Source: Bispira polyomma
Lineage: Eukaryota
Length of the DNA stretch: 64,000 nucleotides
Reading direction: 5' to 3'
Assembly (NCBI GenBank): GCA_965649765.1
Contig: OZ287751.1
Location: 27,094,001-27,158,000, forward strand
Shown here one piece after another: positions 63,645 through 64,000 of the stretch. Every line of letters starts with the position of its first letter. The stretch's first letter is position 1. The notes under the pieces are model-generated. The model ran no database searches, was not told where the DNA came from, and saw only the letters and a list, made by a program, of their open reading frames with translations. Both the position numbers and the translations under genes were made by a program.

Positions 63645-64000
63645 TAAATTATCAGGGGTTGACCCACCTTTTTATGTGGCCATCCATATAATAGTTAATA
63701 TTTTGAGATATCTTGTCAATCATGAGGTGTAGCCCTGCCCTCCTTTACAGCCTTCCATAAAATACTCAAATAGTTTGATGTGTCTTGTCAATCATCAGGG
63801 GTAGCCCTGCCCGTTTTTTGGGGCCATCCATAAAATACTTAATGTTTTGATGTATCTTGTCGATCATCAGGTGTAGCCCCACCTTACTTTGTGGCTGTCC
63901 ATAAACTAGTTAATATTTTGAAACTTTTGATTGTCTGGTCAATCATCAGGTGTATTTCCATCTTCCTTTCATGGCTATCCGTAAAATACTTAATGTGTCT
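63645..64000. repeat. Minisatellite, ~72-bp unit, ~5 copies, running off the window
   Basis: TCAATCATCAGGGGTAGCCCTGCCC...CCATAAAATACTTAATGTTTTGATGTATCTTG recurs at ~63716, 63788, 63860 and 63939. Confidence 0.85.

Overview
AT-rich, repeat-dense animal genomic DNA; the repeat types suggest a marine lophotrochozoan, possibly an annelid (inference). The standout feature is a minus-strand, apparently single-coding-exon prepro-neuropeptide gene (35006->33486, about 505 aa when repaired). It has a signal peptide and about 27 related Y/F-x-x-F-[VLI]-[LVMI]-G peptides, 17 ending FVL-G-K[KR] (predicted FVL-amides), plus one unrelated ARFSPMPGF-amide, and two small indels break its frame. Two internal TMEM41B exons lie on the plus strand near the end (60227-60331, 63262-63400). 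I found no upstream TMEM41B exons, so the neuropeptide gene may be nested antisense in a very large intron. The rest is decayed mobile DNA: L2/CR1-type LINE fragments, PIF/Harbinger nuclease and MADF remnants with MITEs, an intron-containing IS3EU-like integrase, tRNA-derived SINEs, Helentron-like elements, minisatellites and a 1.45-kb duplication with about 1.96-kb offset. All coordinates were read by eye and repeat boundaries are approximate.
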